Below, piece after piece: positions 36,686-49,540 of a stretch of 64,000 nt of DNA (within the stretch, counting starts at the first letter, position 1; each line of letters starts with the position of its first letter). The notes beneath the pieces are model-generated. The model saw only the letters and a list, made by a program, of their open reading frames with translations, searched no databases and was not told where the DNA came from. This DNA is from Mytilus californianus. Taxonomy: Eukaryota. The position numbers and the translations under genes are program-made. The stretch covers positions 112,778,001-112,842,000 of the forward strand of contig NW_026262581.1 in NCBI RefSeq assembly GCF_021869535.1, read 5' to 3'.

Positions 36686-39451
36686 AAATAGACCAAATCT
36701 AGGAAGATCTTTAAAGAGCAGTTAAATAACCTTAAGAGTATTTTGTGTATAAACGAGACAACATCTTGGAAGATCTAAATTTATTCTGAAAACTAAGTTG
36801 TAAATTAATGTCCTTTTAAACATATTGCATTAGGTAAACAAGACTAACTTATACATATTAATATAAAGAAAAAGGTTAATATGAAATATTTGAATATAAA
36901 GTTTTCTTCTATATATAAAAAAATAATGCATAAACTGGTAAAATATAATGGCAGTATTTACTTAACACACGTTAAAATAAAATACCTGGTTTAATTGGAG
37001 ACAACTTATAAAAAATAATAAAAAAAAAATGTATCTTTATTACACAGCAATTAGAAGTTACAAACTTTGCCATTTATGTCACCAACATGTTTTTTTTTAT
37101 CCAAATTGAGCAAGTGGTTTAGTAACTTCTCCCCAGAAAGACTGACATATGAGTTTCAAATAATTTTCTTAAATATTTTATCTAAAGATTTTTATTTCTG
37201 AATATATCAATTTTAATCAAATTTTATATTTAAAAATAGTTGTTTCCATCATTAAAAAAATGAACAAAAATTGTTTTTTTTATTCTTCAAAGTAAAATTC
37301 AAATACAGCTTACATTAACAATAATGTTTGGAGTAAATGTGTATGTGAATTGTAGTAAATACAATTATCGTTTCATTTAAAAACTTTGGAAGTACAAAAA
37401 AGTAGTGATGTACATGAACACTTTGTTTGAGGTAGTTTTCTACAACATTATTTGTGTTGCACAATGCTTTATTTCTCCTTAAACAATACATATTACGTGT
37501 ATATAATTCAATAATCTTTTCTTATGAATAACTTCGAAGTCCTAAAATATTTTTTGACATATTTATCTAATAACCTCACTGTAGTTGCATGAATGTGTAT
37601 ATGTATATGTTGACTGAGACATTCACTGAATAACTTCCATGAAACTAGTTTAACCAATGTAACCTTGTCAAGGGCAATAACTCTAAAACCCTAAACCGGA
37701 TTACCAAAAATCAAAATCTTTTCTTTATCAAGATAAGAAACTGAAAATGAATTAGATGATCATATCAGCCTTCTATATCTTCAAGGATAGTCATTTTCTT
37801 AATAAAAATTCATCAGTTTATACAGATACTGTAAAAAATATTCTTCATAAAAGAAGTTAAATACATTTGTTCGACATTGAGACTGAAATATTTCATTTAA
37901 AGGCACAATTAAAAAACCTCAAACCAGCAGAAAGTGATAACAACATTCATTTAGTTGAACTATGTAACAATGTATATAAAGTACAAAAAATTCATACATA
38001 TGAAGAATATATTAACTTTTATTAGAAAAAAAAATGTAAAATTTGTTTGAAATTACAACGTAAAAAGGTACAAAACAGGTGAACTTGAACAACAATTTTA
38101 TTATTATTATCACATTGTGACTTTGTATATATTAAATGAACATTTCATTAAAGTCCAAGTCTATTTTGAAATCTTCTAGGGAAAACTTTGACCTATTACT
38201 GCTATTAGATAATTTCACATACTTATCCTATTGCAAGAAAAGTCAAGAAATTGGAGGTTGGTTGTTTTTTGGTATTGTTGTGCAGTCATGAAACTGACCA
38301 TTGTTGTCAGAATTGCAGCATTGTATCTGACAAAAATAAAGTTCAAAAGAAAAATATCAAAGTAAAATCCAAAATTTCTGCTTTAATCAGCATTCAGGAA
38401 AAGAAAAAGATAAAGCTGTTAAAATCTATAAATAATCAAATATAGCAGAAATATTCTGCATATTATGCAATTATTGTTAGGTTAAATTAAGTTAACACCC
38501 ATTATTGAAAATGTCATGGAAGTTGCGTAGGATGATCAGTATAATTGGTAAATCATTGAATTAAGCACTTTAACATAGGAAAACTTAAAATATTACTTAA
38601 AATAGAAAAGACAATGATATCAGATAATTTTAATTTCCTAACCAAGAGGATCAGGCCAACCTTCTTGGATAAGTACAGTAAAGAAAAAAAATACTACAAA
38701 ACATATGAACACTTCATAAATTAACAATTGTGGTATACTTAAATAATCTCAAATAATAACAAGAAGCCCTGGGGACCCTGTTTCGCTCACCTGTCTTCCA
38801 TGCATAATACTGACAATGAATTTCAATATCTGGCAGGGGGCATCCAATACCATTCCAAAGGGGACAATCATATCATATAGTGTTGTCAAATTGAACAGTT
38901 TTCACTAACCGGTTACTCAGATAATGTTTTAACTGATTAATCGGTTAACCATAATGAAAGTTGACATTCTAACTCGTTCAAAGACTATGTATGCAGTTCT
39001 TGATTACGAATGTATGGTTATTAAAGATGATGTATTGATGTTCATTATCACATCCTAACAAAATCGTATGTATTGTTTGATCTGCATGCTACTGGTACAA
39101 CCAGTATTCATTACAATTGCATTTCACATTGTAAATAAACAAATGACAGATGCTAAGTGATGTCAATAGCTAACACTGGCTGTTCATGCCAGCTAAGCTA
39201 AAAAATAAAGTTAACTGTGAAAGGCAAGCTATATGATTTCAAGGCAAGAAGTATTACTGTTCTAAAAAAATAAATCATTCATCAGAAGAATTATGTGCAC
39301 TGTGTGAAAAAAAAAATTGTTGAACTGACATCCACAACAGTCAATTTCAAATTATATTTGGACGGAAATATAATTATAAATGAAGTTTTAAAGATCTTAC
39401 TATTGCTATAAAATAGATGCTTCTAATATTTAATATCTAATTAAAACAGTA

Positions 39452-42400
39452 CTAGTACATTCTTGCTGCAGCAATATATGCTGTGCCTATATAGTTCTTA
39501 GCAAAAGGTTTGACATCTATCTCTACTTCATATTCCCCTAACTGAACATCGGTTTTACACAGTCTTCCAAGTAAGAAACAAATGGTGTAGGCTGCTATTT
39601 CAAATTCAGGACTGGTTCCCAGAAAACAGCTACTAATAGGTTTTCCTTTTTCTTCCCTCCAGTCGAACTGTAGAGCAATCAGTCTGAAGTGTTCATCATC
39701 TTGTACCTAAATAAATAACATAATAACATATAATTGTTGTAGTGTCATGGTTCTAATGATGATAACTTTGAATAAAGGCATTGCAGATTATACATCAATG
39801 AGAAAGCAGGCCAAACGAACAGCTGAATTAAGAGCACAAGATACATCAATTTTACCTTGCAACAGGTTAAATATGGATTTCAAAAAGAATTGTTTTAAGG
39901 GTTCTTCAATGTGGAAAAATCATGGCACTCGTCCTACACAAGGCATTGGATTTAAAGCCCCAATGCAGACAAAATGGACACCCCTCTTTAAGCATGGGTT
40001 TTACTGCCAGATTGGAGAAATCCTGGGATGGCCACACTTCTTTAGTTTAGTCAACCCTTGCTGTCTGTAAATAAAGTAGACTGAAGAAAGTCAGTTATGG
40101 TAAAAGAAAGTGTGTGTTTCCTATATAATAAAAACAAGTAATCTATAAAGTGTTTCATGATCTGTTATAAAACACACAGAGTGACATTATAAAAAACAAT
40201 AAATTTTAAGAAAAACTTTGTGTGAAGGGTAGATGTTGCTGAATAACTAAATATTGCAGTCAACTGTTGCATTTGAAACTGGACTTCCAAAGGGTTTACA
40301 TCAAACATTTATATCATAGCTTACAGTTGAATGTCTGAAGTAACCATGATAGTCAATATTTCCAGCTTTCTCTTGGAGGTAAAACTGAATCCAATTATGA
40401 AGTCCGATAAATTGATCATCTCTACCTTCTCCAACAAACACATGTTCAAAACTGCTTGAATCTTGGTCTCTGTTAAATAAATTATTAGTTATATAAATAA
40501 TGTGATCAAGTTTTTAGTCACTGGTTTAAAAATCTGCCTTTATCTTCTAAATATAATGTATGAGTCTTCCCTAAGAAAATGTGTGTTTTGACTGCCATCT
40601 CCAAATAATATAAACAAATATTGTGTGTTTTGTTACTATATATTCATTATTAATCATTGGATACAAATTGTCTTGGATTTCATGGGTAAAGGTTAACCAC
40701 AATTTTAAATGTTCAATGAGGTACAAATATTCTATAGGCTTGTATTGCAGAAGTCAAATGACCACAAAAATTCAATTTTTCCTCTGTCCAAGAAAATTGA
40801 TACCCACGAAAGTAAATGAATCAACAGTATTGGAAACCCAAAATTCATTCAGATCAAAAATTAAAATAGTAGGTGCACAACTTCAACGTATTGGAATAAG
40901 GTTTTGGATTTTTCAATTTATGGATTACATATATTTTGGCTGGGAGCATCACGGAAGAGTCATAAATTGTTAAAATGACTATCTGGTGCAGTCAAATTGG
41001 ACCTCTTAATTTCATTACAACCAGTATGTACTGTCACTGGTTTGATACCTCTGCTGTTGGACTGTTAGTCCCTGAGGGTATTAACAAGCCGAGTAGCCAG
41101 TATTTTGGTAATGGCATGAAATACGGATATTGTTTTATTGAAATTTGCTGTTAAAAAATTTGAAAATCATTTAAATACTAAATTAAGAATGCATCTCCCT
41201 CATGCATAGCCCAGAAGGTGTTTCCTGGTTGGCTACTTTGGTCCTTTTTAGATTTATCAGCTCTTCAATATCTATTTGTATTTTGAGTTGATGAAAATGT
41301 CAAAATGTGCATCTGGTGCAGTAAAATTGATACCATTAAAGTTATTATTTCAAGTATCTATGCACTATAACAGGTTTAGTACAAGTAAAAAAATAATACA
41401 TATTGTAATTAATTCAATCACATAGAATATCAATTTTACCTGTCTCCCCTTGTTCTTCGTACTAAACTGAACCAAATTTTATAAAGTTGCCATTTAAACT
41501 GGCCAACATGTTCTGGTGATTTTCCTTTAGATACAAGGTATTTATGTGCCTCTTGCATCACATCAGTTTCCATTATGGCATCCACAAAAGCAACATTTTC
41601 CTTCTTTTCTTCTGGAGTGACAACCTCTGCTTCACCACACTCAAGTTCATAGTTATCCAGTAAATCTTTAAATGCTGTGAAACAAGGTATAATTCATTAT
41701 GTCATATCTCATGTTACATAGGGCTATTCCACTTCTATAAAGCACACCATAAGGCAATCTGACATCATCTCTATGTGTCTTGCCTTTATTTATAACTTAA
41801 GATAAGTCTACAACAAGTTATCTATTGATGGTTTAAAAAAAAATTGTTTGCCTGCCTATGGTATAAATTACATGTATGAATAATGGAATAACCCTGACTT
41901 ATTTTGATGGTTCTTTAACCATTTATGTATACTGCCTTTTCCCCCTGCAATTACATAAGAAGAATAACAAGCATTCTGAGAGTATTGTATGACAATACAT
42001 ACTACATAGTCCCCTACCAGTTTAAAATTCTTTGTATTAAAACAAAATGCTAACTTGATCTATAAGTTGTCATGGTGTAAACAATATAACAAATATCAAG
42101 TCAATATCTTCAAGCATGACTAAAAAGGGTTTAAAAATGATTATTTAAGTGAATCTTCTAAGTCCAAGGACCATAACTCTACACAAAATCATCAGGCCAT
42201 AACAAAATTTGAACTTGATCTGTAATTTGTCATAATAAAACTATATACCAATTATCAAATCAATATCTTCAAGCATGATGGAAAAAAGTGTGGAAAAACG
42301 ATTATTTGAGTGAATTTTCTATGTCCAAGGACCATAATTCTGCACAAAATCATCATTCCGGAACAAAATTCAAACTTGATTGGTAACTTGTCATGATAAA

Positions 42401-45400
42401 GCAATACACCAAATATCAAATCAATATCTTCAAGCACGAAGAAAAAAGTGTGGAAAACTGATTTGACAGACAGACAGACAGAGTGCAAGCCTAAAGTCCC
42501 CTTCGATGAAGTCGGTAGGGGACTAATAACCGCAGCAAAGCTGAACACATTTAGCAAATCTGTGATCACATGCATATATAAACAATATACATATATTGTT
42601 GGAAAATTGTGAGGACCATCTTCAGAAACTGCAAGAAAAGCACAGCTCATCAAGATCTTGTCATTTATATTCAAATTTCAAAATATGAGCCAAGGTCCTA
42701 TAGTACTCTTGCCCCAAAAATAACTATTGGTACAAGATGTATAATATGAATTCTTTAATGTGGGTTAAGGATAATGTACCCTTTTGTTGTTTCAATGCTT
42801 AACATATGGAAATTTTATAAACAAGAATGTGTCCATAGTACACGGATGCCCCACTCGCACTATCATTTTCTATGTTCAGTGGACCGTGAAATTGTGGTCA
42901 AAACTCTAATTTGGCATTAAAATTAGAAAGATCATATCATAGGGAACATGTGTACTAAGACAGACGAACGGACGGACGAACGAACGACCGCACAGACCGA
43001 AAAACATAATACCGAAAAACATAATGCCCCTTCCTATCGTAGGTGGGGCATAAAAAATCCACAGCCTTTCCAATGGTACTCCTTTATTTGACAATTCAGT
43101 GCTTTATAGATAAAGGATTATTACATGCAGTGCTAGCAATGATATCCCTCAAACAAGTATATAAATAAAGACATTGGTTAAAACAAGTCTAAAAAGGGAC
43201 TTATTCCCATACAACTTCTAGGACTCCCTCGACTTTAGTGGCTCAACATGAGGTTTTTTTGGACTGTAACGGTTGTTTAGGACTTTTTTAGACATTAAAC
43301 GCAAGCACATCATGGAAAAACAAGTGATTTATCTATGTTTACAATTTTAAAACAAAAATCTCTGTAATAAAGTCTGTGGGTTTTTTGCAAAAATCTTGGC
43401 TTTATTTGCCACCAAATCCCCATTTTATACTAAATGCAATGCAATATTTAACAGTATTGCTTTGAACAACGTTTCCCTTTGGTATATGTACAAAATGGTA
43501 TGTGACTTTTTTCTGAAGTTTTACTGTTTTGACCTACAGAAGGGGTCATATCATTGTTGAAGGCTGTACTGTTGCCTATATTGCTTACATCCACTTCATT
43601 TGAACTTGGGTGGATAGTTGTCTCATTGGCAATCATACCACATCTCATTATTTTTATATAAACCTTAAATATCTTTTTGGGTAAAGCCTTGGCTCATCTC
43701 TTATATTGCCAAAATCTATGTGTAAAGGTCAAATATACAATATATGTAGAATTTCTGTTGCCAGATAAAGGGTCTTATCATACCTCTTCCTTTGAATGAA
43801 ACTTATCCATTTTTTTAAGTATTTGAAATTTTCATGGATTCTATATGATTGTTCATTCTTAGAAATTTTACCATCTTTATGTCATAAAAGAATTACCTTT
43901 AAAGTTTAAAACCATCCATGTTTGATAGTATGTCCATAATAAAATTAAAGTCTTTACATGGCATTTTGATTTAGAAATGGTGGTAATTTTGGTTGCATTT
44001 CAAGGTAACTGGATATAACTTTATTAAGGACTGTTTAAGTAATATGTTAAGTGTATATACAATATGAGTTTTGTTTACATATAACTGTTGTTTAAAGAAT
44101 AAAAAACGATCAAATAGTTTAGTTCTATAAGAAATATAAAACTTTTTATTACCTTTTTTGTTAAAATGCATATTTGTGAATATGAAATATGATTGGTGGA
44201 AAACTTGTCTTATCACAATCTGAAAAATTATTAGCAAACAGTTAGAACATGTCCAACCTGTCTAACTGAATTTAGCGTTTAATTTGTTCTTGTTCTGAAT
44301 ATGTGTGAAACATTTGCCACTGGACATATTAAAGGGTTAACAGTATATACAATGTATTATCAACCTACTTGTTTTTCTGTTTGTTAGTGTTATGGGTTTT
44401 AAAATGATAATATTCATCTGAACTGGTCAGATTTTATATTGTGTTTTTTACTTGTACGACATATGGTCTAAGATATATGCAAAGTGCATTTCTTTGGATT
44501 AGTCGGTGTTGGTGTGTTTTATTGAACTGTTCAATATTTTTGATGATTCCCGGATTGAGTGAGTGAGTGAGTGTTATATTATTTCTGTATTCTTTAACAT
44601 AACCTTATTTTAAATTTACTTACTTTTATATGTTTTCCTTCCAAAAACCTTTTCATCATTCACCCATTCAAACAAGTTGTAGCGTGCCCTGTCTCTCTCT
44701 AAATGCCTACCACTCTTGACATACCCTACAAAAAAAGCAGTACATGTATATGGTAGGTTAAATTGTGTTCAACTTATTATAAATGTAATATTAGATACTA
44801 GTAATTATGATCCAGTGCCATTACTACTACTGAAAACTGTTTACAGTGAAGCAACAATAAACTTTCGACTACCAGATGTTTATGTGCCTTCAAAATCATG
44901 AACCTTGACAGTTGTCATCATTGTTGCTTTTTGTCTTCTGTCCATTTATGAAGTTGATACTAATTTCTGTTACTTGCAGTCAAAAGTAAACTTGAGTTAA
45001 TTTATCATCAATGGGATATTTTATCTAAGGCATTATATTACTAATCTGAGAACAATGTTTGGACAAGTTTATCTGCAATTATATTTACATTTAGTAATTG
45101 CTTGATAGGCATATGAAATATTTGAAATATAACAATTGAGTTTGAAGAAACATCATACTGGTCAAGGACCAGTTACCATTTACCATCACCTGATATTTTA
45201 TTTAATAATGGAAATGTTCCATAAAACAATAGACTGCTGATATCTTCAGACAAATAATTTTACTTCGTTTGTAAAAACTCTGTTTTGTTTGATCCAATTA
45301 AGATAGGGAAATGTTGAATTTTCTATAAATAAAACGGGTCGCATGAAGATACATGTGTGGGGACATGACGTCGTTGCTTTATATTTATAATTTTAAATTA

Positions 45401-48400
45401 AAGTCTATAGTCACTTCAATACAAGTAAGTAGTTGATATCAAGTGACATATATAAAGTTCACATTAAGGGCAGAAAGGAGACCTTCAAAATTAATGGTCC
45501 AATTAACAAAAGTTCTTCATTAAATGTAAATTCAATCATTTAATGACAAGTTCAAAAGTGATAGTAACTGGTCATTAAGTACTTTTAAAATTTTCCGCTA
45601 AAATTAGTATACCAGTAATGTGTTTTTTTTCGTTGTTAAAAAGAGAAATTAAAGTCTAAGTCTATGGGGCTCAACCTAACTTTTGGTAACCCTTTTTTGT
45701 TCAAAGAATATTTCCCTACAGACTTCTTGTTGACAATTATTTAAGAAAACTGTGAATTTCTGACAGTAACTGGTACTGGACCAGTATTGTTGCATTTGTA
45801 CAAGATGCAAAGGTTGGATTTTTTTTACAATATGTAAGCAAAGCAACTCTGACAATATTTTATTGTGATCTGCCAAAAATGTTTTTTTTTGTGTTACACC
45901 ATCAAATATTGTCATATATTTTTCATAGTGTAACAAAAGGTAAGCAAATTACATTAAAAAACAAATGCACAAACAGTCATTAAATTTTAAATCTACTAAG
46001 AAGCACTGTCTGTAGATACTATATTTATTTACACATACAGTAAATCCTAAATGTTTGTGCTGTAATGATGAGTTTGAAATTTTACCTACATCCCCTGGTA
46101 TTCATACATACCCTGCAAATCAACTTGAAAATCATCTCCAGGGTAACATTTATTTGTATCTAGTTCCCATAATTTGGTTAAAATCTCAGATAATTCTGGA
46201 TCTGGATCAAACCTGCAATATGACATACAACAACACTGTAGTAAAAGATATAAATTCAGAACACTGCACAGAATAACAATGTGTCTTCTCACAAACCCAC
46301 TTACAGATAGTTTAAAGGGGCACTAGCTACGAGATACATAAAAAATTAAAATTAGGATTTTTTTGGTTCAATCATTTATGAAAGTGAAATAGTGAAATAA
46401 TAACTCGCTTTTAACTACCAGTATGGTTTAATTTTGTCAAAATAAGCTAAGAAACATTGATGATGAATTATTCACTTGCAAGTGAATAATTCAACCTCAT
46501 TGAATCCTTTTCATGTGAACTTCAATTTAACCCCTTAGCTAGAGATGGATTACACATGATTTATGCGTGTTGAGTTATTTAAAGGAAAAAAATGTCAACA
46601 TTGAAAGTGAAACAAAGGTAAATCATTTGATTGACTGATTTGATCCACAAAATATCATTCTTATACAGGTAAAAAAGATGATTAACATATATTTTTAATC
46701 TATAATATGAAATTAAACAGACCTAGAAAAATCCAAATGCACAAGTTCGTTTCTATTTATATCTATATTTATGTTTATATCGCTTATATGACCGTCGGAG
46801 GTTTCCGGAGGTCAACGCGATAGTTAATTAGATGGCGTCTAGACTTAAATACACACGAAACAAAGTTACATATTCTCGAGCCCATGCCCTGTAAATTGTT
46901 TATTTTAGACTTTTTATAATATGGATAAATGTTTTACATTGTTATAAATAAAATATGAGAATTTGAGTCAAATTGGTGAACATGAATTTGACAGCTAGTG
47001 CCCCTTTTATCCCTTATTAATTATTATAATCCTGATTTATCAACCTTGATCTTGAAAATCAAGACAGGACATTTGTGCTTGATGCTGATAACTTTGTATA
47101 ATCAATTTGCAAAAAAAGTTACTTTTATCTAAGATGGAATCTATCACAAGTCAACACTTAACTTCAATATGGGTATGATTTTTTTCAAAATCAAACACAA
47201 ACTGTATATTGGTTCAAATTCCTAGGTCAGAGCTGATTCAATATTTAATCAATGTAAACCTTCGGCTTTCAGACTTATTGAATGATTGTTTTAATGGCTT
47301 ATTGGCTAAACACCAAGTGTTGCAAAAGCAGACACTCATCCGATGTATACATAATGAATTGAGGTCTGGAGCAGGCATGTCAGTAACTGCTAGTAGACCT
47401 TTGTTAATTTATGTTGATTATTGTCATTTTGCTTAGTTTCTTCTGTTACCTATTCTAACATCGGACTCTGACTTCTTTTGAACAGAATTTTACTGTGCGT
47501 ATTGCTGTGTGTTTGTTTATTCCACATTGGCTAGAGGTATAGGGGGAGGGTTGAGATATCACAAAACATGTTTAGCCCCACATGCATTTTTGCGCCTGTC
47601 CCAAGTCAGGAACCTCTGGCCTTTGTTAAGTCTTGTATGTTTTTTTAATTTTTGTTCATTTATTAGTTTCGGAGTTTAGTGTGACATCCATTTTCGCTGC
47701 ACTAGTATACATAATTGTTTAGAAGCCAGCTGAAGCCCGCCTCCGAGTGCGGGATTTTCTCAATGTGTTGAAGACCCATTGGTGGCCTTGGGCTGTTTTC
47801 TGTTCTTTGGTCGGGTTGTTGTCTATTTGACGCATTCCCTGTTTCCATTCTCAATTTTGTAATGAAGCCTTGCAAACCATGGTAAATACAATTGCTTTAC
47901 CCCTTGCTTAATGAAGTTATATGGATTAAGGGTCATCTCATATTATCACATTTTTTTACAAGGTATATGATTTTTCAAAAAAAAAAGAGTACATGTTGTC
48001 ATCAATGGAGACCATAGTGCCTTTGTTACATTCCCTGAATAAATAAAATATAGTAACAGACTGAAATAAATTAATCTCCCACAGTGTATAAGGTCTAAAA
48101 GATCTTTTAGCACAGGTTGTTGTCAGGTTCTAGTACTCTACAACATGCAAAGTGTGTGGCATTTTCCCAACAAGTGTCTTGGATTTAACATCTTAATCAA
48201 AACAGATGTGACAGAGTATATAAAATAAAATCATAATGATCATAATAATAATGTTATTGAACAAAGGTAAATCATTCAACAATTATAACATGTAAATCTT
48301 CCATGAGATTATCTAAAGAAGTACAAATGTAGTATCTTGTGATAAAACATATAAACTTTCATTGCAGTTTTCCAGTTTTCTTTCTGATCCGTTACAAGGC

Positions 48401-49295
48401 TCAAGCATACATTTTGTCTTCTTGTTATTATCCATCATATCATTTTCTTTATACCATTTAATAGCATTGTCTAAGTTTTTATTTAACATGTGTTTAAATT
48501 TACAATAGATTTAGAAGACAAACGCAATTTTATAGATCAGACTCTGTATCCTATATATAGATTGTAAAGTTAATTGTAAGTCATTAACAGTTCAGTTTAA
48601 ATTTTTCAACAAATATCTCATTTTTAGGAAATACAATACAATACAATACAAAATTTTCATTGTCAATCAAGGACGCCCGAAGAGGGCAGTATAATTACAA
48701 ACAATTTATTACAATGATTATTATTAATTCTTAATGATATATAATGACAAAATATAGAATAGAAAAAAAAATAAACACAAAAGAAAAAGCAAAACTCTAG
48801 ATATGTATATATATATAACATATAGAAATGTTGAGGCATATATTCAACTGTCTATGGATATAGTGCCATAAATTTATTCCAAAATTTGGCCTATGAATGA
48901 TTCACTGGTTCAGTAAACTGGCATCGTTTACTTTTTTAACATAATATCCCTTTCAGTCCAGAGACTGATTATTAAATTACATAGGCATTTTAGAACTTCT
49001 AGATCACAACCCATTCATTAGCCATGATAATATAAACATATTTTTGGTGCTACATTTCTTAAGCATCCGTTATTCATATCACATATTTTGCCATGGTCTT
49101 AACAGTTTGTTTTTAACAGTGATTCAAAGAATAACTTTAAAGCACCCACACAGGAATGTTGTATTCAGACACACCCAACCAAGCAATTGTCAATTTATTT
49201 GCAGTTTGATACAATGATAGTCATTTTGCCAATTAAAATTGTTTTCAAGGGTGCATAGAAAAATAAAATATGTTTACTTACCCTCTATTTGCCAT
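39452..49295 (-). CDS. ENDOU: Poly(U)-specific endoribonuclease (XendoU-type EndoU), 283 aa, 6 exons, no signal peptide
   Basis: Exons 49295-49282, 46212-46112, 44725-44624, 41674-41440, 40469-40325 and 39706-39452 (852 nt, GT-AG, phases consistent). MANRGFDPDPELSEILTKLWELD, LLDNYE, catalytic His in FEHVFVGE and GLHNWIQFY, Lys in KPISS, SPEFE and YIGTAY. Confidence 0.93.
40946..41320 (+). mobile_element. Fossil hammerhead-ribozyme retrozyme monomer
   Basis: GCATCA-CGGAAGA-GTCATAAATTGTT-AAAA-TGACTA-TC-TGGTGC (40946-40989) has type I hammerhead layout. The ATCTGGTGCAGT.AAATTG block recurs 330 nt later with an eroded second core. Confidence 0.65.
42008..42527 (-). mobile_element. HINE-like element (family E) with (GTCT)n and ~160-bp repeats
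   Basis: TAGTCCCCTACC (42008) and GGTAGGGGACTA (~42514) are inverted, with a terminal palindrome, (GACA)n and AATATC..TCAATATCTTCAAGCA x3. Confidence 0.7.
42820..43055 (-). mobile_element. Short HINE/Pearl-like element (family D)
   Basis: ATGCCCC..GGGGCAT terminal palindrome, (GACG/GAAC)n and an AACAAGA end. Confidence 0.7.
46316..47005. mobile_element. 690-bp MITE, Kolobok-like (inferred from TTAA flank and AG start)
   Basis: TTAA-AGGGGCACTAGCT ... AGCTAGTGCCCCT-TTTA. Confidence 0.75.
48290..48600 (-). pseudogene. Highly decayed LINE RT remnant in ENDOU intron 1
   Basis: The minus strand contains NLDNAIKWYKENDMMDNNKKTKCML, resembling the post-FADD region of RTs. The flanks are frameshifted. 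Confidence 0.4.
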
Positions 49296-49540
49296 AATTA
49301 AACAGTTTTTTTATAATATATAATAGTGTATTTTTTCCACGTCAACAGCTTATTCAACTTTGACAGCACTTGACAGGTTTATTTAGCCCTTAGGCGACAA
49401 TGAATAGTCAAAAGGTATTCCGAATCGTGAAATGCAGACGAAAAATTGCCGATGAAACACAAGTTTTGATTGGATAAGATATTTAGAGCGACCAATTAAA
49501 GTTAATTTTATGAATAAAAATGCATTCATCCTAGAACACC
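49296..49540. promoter_or_regulatory. Bidirectional promoter ENDOU/SELENOI with opposed CCAAT boxes
   Basis: 245 nt lie between the ATGs, with ATTGG at 49468-49472, CCAAT at 49491-49495 and locally retained CpGs. Confidence 0.75.

Noticed and set aside
40443-40460. SSSFEH instead of SSGFEH in ENDOU
   Set aside because: A small-residue change, and the catalytic His/His/Lys are intact. There is no basis for calling loss of function.
45676-45936. 86-aa ORF as an ENDOU exon
   Set aside because: No EndoU similarity. The exon at 44725-44624 fills the gap in phase.
46086-46292. Hydrophobic N-terminus (MRRHIVILCSVL..) as an ENDOU signal peptide
   Set aside because: It starts at GTG in intronic sequence. 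The real start is the 14-nt exon at 49295, joining a clear acceptor at 46213.
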